Shown: positions 61,298 to 63,663 of the stretch, in pieces | Layout: every line of letters begins with the position of its first letter | How positions within the stretch are numbered: the stretch's first letter is position 1 | Assembly (NCBI RefSeq): GCF_052425735.1 | Contig: NC_135761.1 | Span: 33,418,338-33,482,000 of the forward strand | Direction: 5' to 3' | Origin: Oculina patagonica | Lineage: Eukaryota | DNA length: 63,663 nucleotides | Made by a program: the position numbers and the translations under genes | The notes under the pieces: model-generated | Databases searched by the model: none | The model's input: the letters and a program-made list of their open reading frames with translations, nothing else | Told to the model about the DNA's origin: nothing

Positions 61298-62156
61298 GTA
61301 AGTATTTTTGTTACAGATATCATTGTCAACATTTCAAGTAGCAATAAAGGAGTTAAGTACAGAAAGCTTCACAAGTTTGGTCAACAAGTTTGTAAACAAA
61401 TAATAAAGTAAGACTCAATTTCTGGTACTGTTTAAATTTAGGTATATAAATGTTTTGATAATCTTCCATGGTACCGAGATTATGAAAATTGTGTGGCAAG
61501 GCGAACTCTTATTGCATTGCTGAAAGTTGTGTTGCTGAAAGTCCCTTTATCAGTTTAACAGTGAACTCTTTCGACACGTACTGGGTGAAATATAATCCCG
61601 AATTTATAACCTGAGTAGAACATTTCACATTGGTAAGATCAAACGTTATGTGTGATGCGCATTACGGCGGATATTCAAATATTTTAAATTATCCCATCTT
61701 TTGGCGAGCTGTAATCCAGTAATTCAAAGTTTAAATATTTTATCAGCGATCAATTTTTTTTCTTTAAAGCACATTCCCATGGCAACGCAAATAGTTATCC
61801 TGTTTTGAACCGTTTGCGGTTATTTTGCCAAGTCAGTTGATCTACATTTGTAAATATTCCTAATGACAATTAACATGGGGATTGAGGCCATCGGGAGTCA
61901 AACCAGCTCAGGACTAGAAAAATGTATCAGGTTTCCGCTGCCTTAGTAGCCACTTCGGACAGTGAATTATAACCAGGAAAGGAACTCAGTCAGCGGATAA
62001 TCTTACTAGAGCATAATTTTTTTTGTCAACTAAGGTCTGACCTAGTCAATAGGCTAGTAGGTAAAAAGCTAATAAATTAAACAGAATTGCAATACAACAA
62101 GGCCAAATTTATTTTAAAAAAATAATGTACCTTTTTATATTTCCTTTTCCTTCCAG

Positions 62157-62406
62157 GCAAGTACCGCTGGCAAGCAGCGACTTTGACAGTCGTCAAAAAA
62201 TCTTTAATTCGTTGAGGGCTGTATTCCCCAATGGCACATTGTCACTTGGGGAATCAGCCAGCAACAAAATTGTTGCAAAGTACTTCACCCACCTGAAACA
62301 AAAATATGTAAACAGTGTGAGTGAAGATGAAAGTCTCAAACGAATATGCTACCAAACCGATTCTCTTGGCAGACAAAGTCATTCCTACTGGCTTCTCTCA
62401 CCAGAG
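62157..62406 (+). CDS. Putative coding exon (QVPLASSDF...LLSPE) of an unknown gene; SINE-disrupted twin at 59469-60031
   Basis: Pyrimidine tract plus CAG acceptor, GTATGT donor, open frame, phase 2 to 0. Confidence 0.5.
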
Positions 62407-63603
62407 GTATGTATCATGAATTCATTAATCCCTGCATCGCTCTAATTAAGGGCCACATGTGAGAGCAATAGTACATGTAAGAGTTCTTGACTTTGCAGGC
62501 GGCGTTACTGTCTAGAGTGACCTACGACTTGCTGCTTGAAGTCTCAAGACCGTTCAAAAAGCATGAGTTGAAAGGAAAGAAACAAGAGAAGCTGTCGAGA
62601 AAAAAAGGCAACAAAATTGACAAAAAACGAGGTATGTTTCAATAACTTGAAAATGTCACGTTCTCGATGTGATTTATTGCTCCGAGTAAAGAAACTGTCA
62701 AACAGTTTCATCTTATTTTAGAATCATCATTAATAAATAGAAAAGGAGATATTTTTGTTATTTAAAGCATCGCATATTTTTACATCATTATCCATTCGAA
62801 AATAACAAAAAGAATTGTCACACACTTTATAATTAAATTGCAAAACATTTGGGACGATTTTTATGTAAGGTTAAAATTTTCAGCATTTATTCAATATTGT
62901 AAATCATCCAACCATAAACAGGTGAACACATGAACCTGTCAAAAATTTACCAATTTGATTGGTTAATTTTTGACAGGTTCACGTGTTTACAGTTAGATGA
63001 TTTACAATGTTTAAATTGAATTTGAACGTTTGAAACGAACCAGCAACAAAAGATGACTTGATGCAGAAAGTCATCAGCAAGCAAGTTTCTCTTAAAGAAA
63101 TGAGGAAGTCAGCAGATCGTCTTAAGCACAAGGCAAAAGTGGTTAAGGCATTTCTTAAATTCACAGGCGAAAAAGATTAGGAAAGCCTTCATGCCAGATT
63201 CCCCTAGCACGCCACTGAAGAAAAAATGGCACAGTTCAATGGCAAGGCGTTGGAAAGAGGTGTTGTGCTGCCCGTAAGTACACAATAACTTTGAAACTGA
63301 GACCATTAATAGAGAGGACAGTTCGTCTGCGAAATATCATAATTTGAATTTGATGGACAACTAACCAAGGCATGTATAACGAGTTCTCTTTTGGGCACTG
63401 TAACTGATTTTTGCGATTTTATACAAGTATTGTGATAAATGTCAGTCATCATTTTGTTTTAGAACAGATAATTAAATATACATTCCTTAAAAATATGCAG
63501 GGAAATGCCCATCTCATGAGTTCAATCTTGTTTTTATAAGAATGTATATATTTTTCTATTCGATTTATTTTTTTCTGTGATTATTAAATAAGGAAAAGGA
63601 GAA

Positions 63604-63663
63604 GCCACGAGCCAAGCGGCCCACACTGCAGGAGCTTATCTCGGTTTCCGTAGCATTAAGTGG
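63604..63663 (-). mobile_element. SINE 3' end at the window edge
   Basis: Reverse complement resembles cttaatgctac..aaaccg.gataagctcc..gggcc..tggctc of the 59608 SINE. Confidence 0.65.

Larger units (their letters stand above)
58708..62488. repeat. Local direct duplication of ~1.1 kb (58708-60115 versus 61394-62488)
   Basis: Colinear high identity; copy 1 additionally carries a SINE. Confidence 0.92.

Overview
AT-rich eukaryotic DNA with spliceosomal introns, SINEs, LINEs and MITEs. The repeat repertoire looks like a stony coral or other cnidarian (inference from memory of such families, not checked). The window is mostly decayed and nested transposable elements: BEL/Pao LTR fragments, L1/Tx1 and L2/CR1 LINE 3' ends, a Penelope end, tRNA-head SINEs, many TA- and TTAA-targeting MITEs, a complete but decayed AcademX-like DNA transposon (49707-54042, 3-bp TSD), and Zator-like and MULE-like transposase relics. 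It also holds decayed accessory genes (RecQ-like helicase, two HECT-like, OTU+CXC, paired-like/YqaJ, SAP, THAP, SGNH). There is a rearranged segmental duplication (about 2.7-8.75 kb versus 23.3-30.8 kb) and a second local one (58.7-62.5 kb). The only long intact-looking ORF is a tyrosine recombinase inside a young 1.74-kb element with Ngaro/PAT-type split direct repeats but no gag or RT. Other highlights: a 5 x 535-bp tandem array carrying a DIRS/Ngaro gag fragment, and two ~1-kb hairpin-ended elements that share palindromic arm-CGAGTT-arm sites shaped like tyrosine-recombinase crossover sites. No rRNA, true tRNA, CRISPR or confidently intact host gene was seen. All family calls are by eye, and coordinates of decayed relics are approximate.
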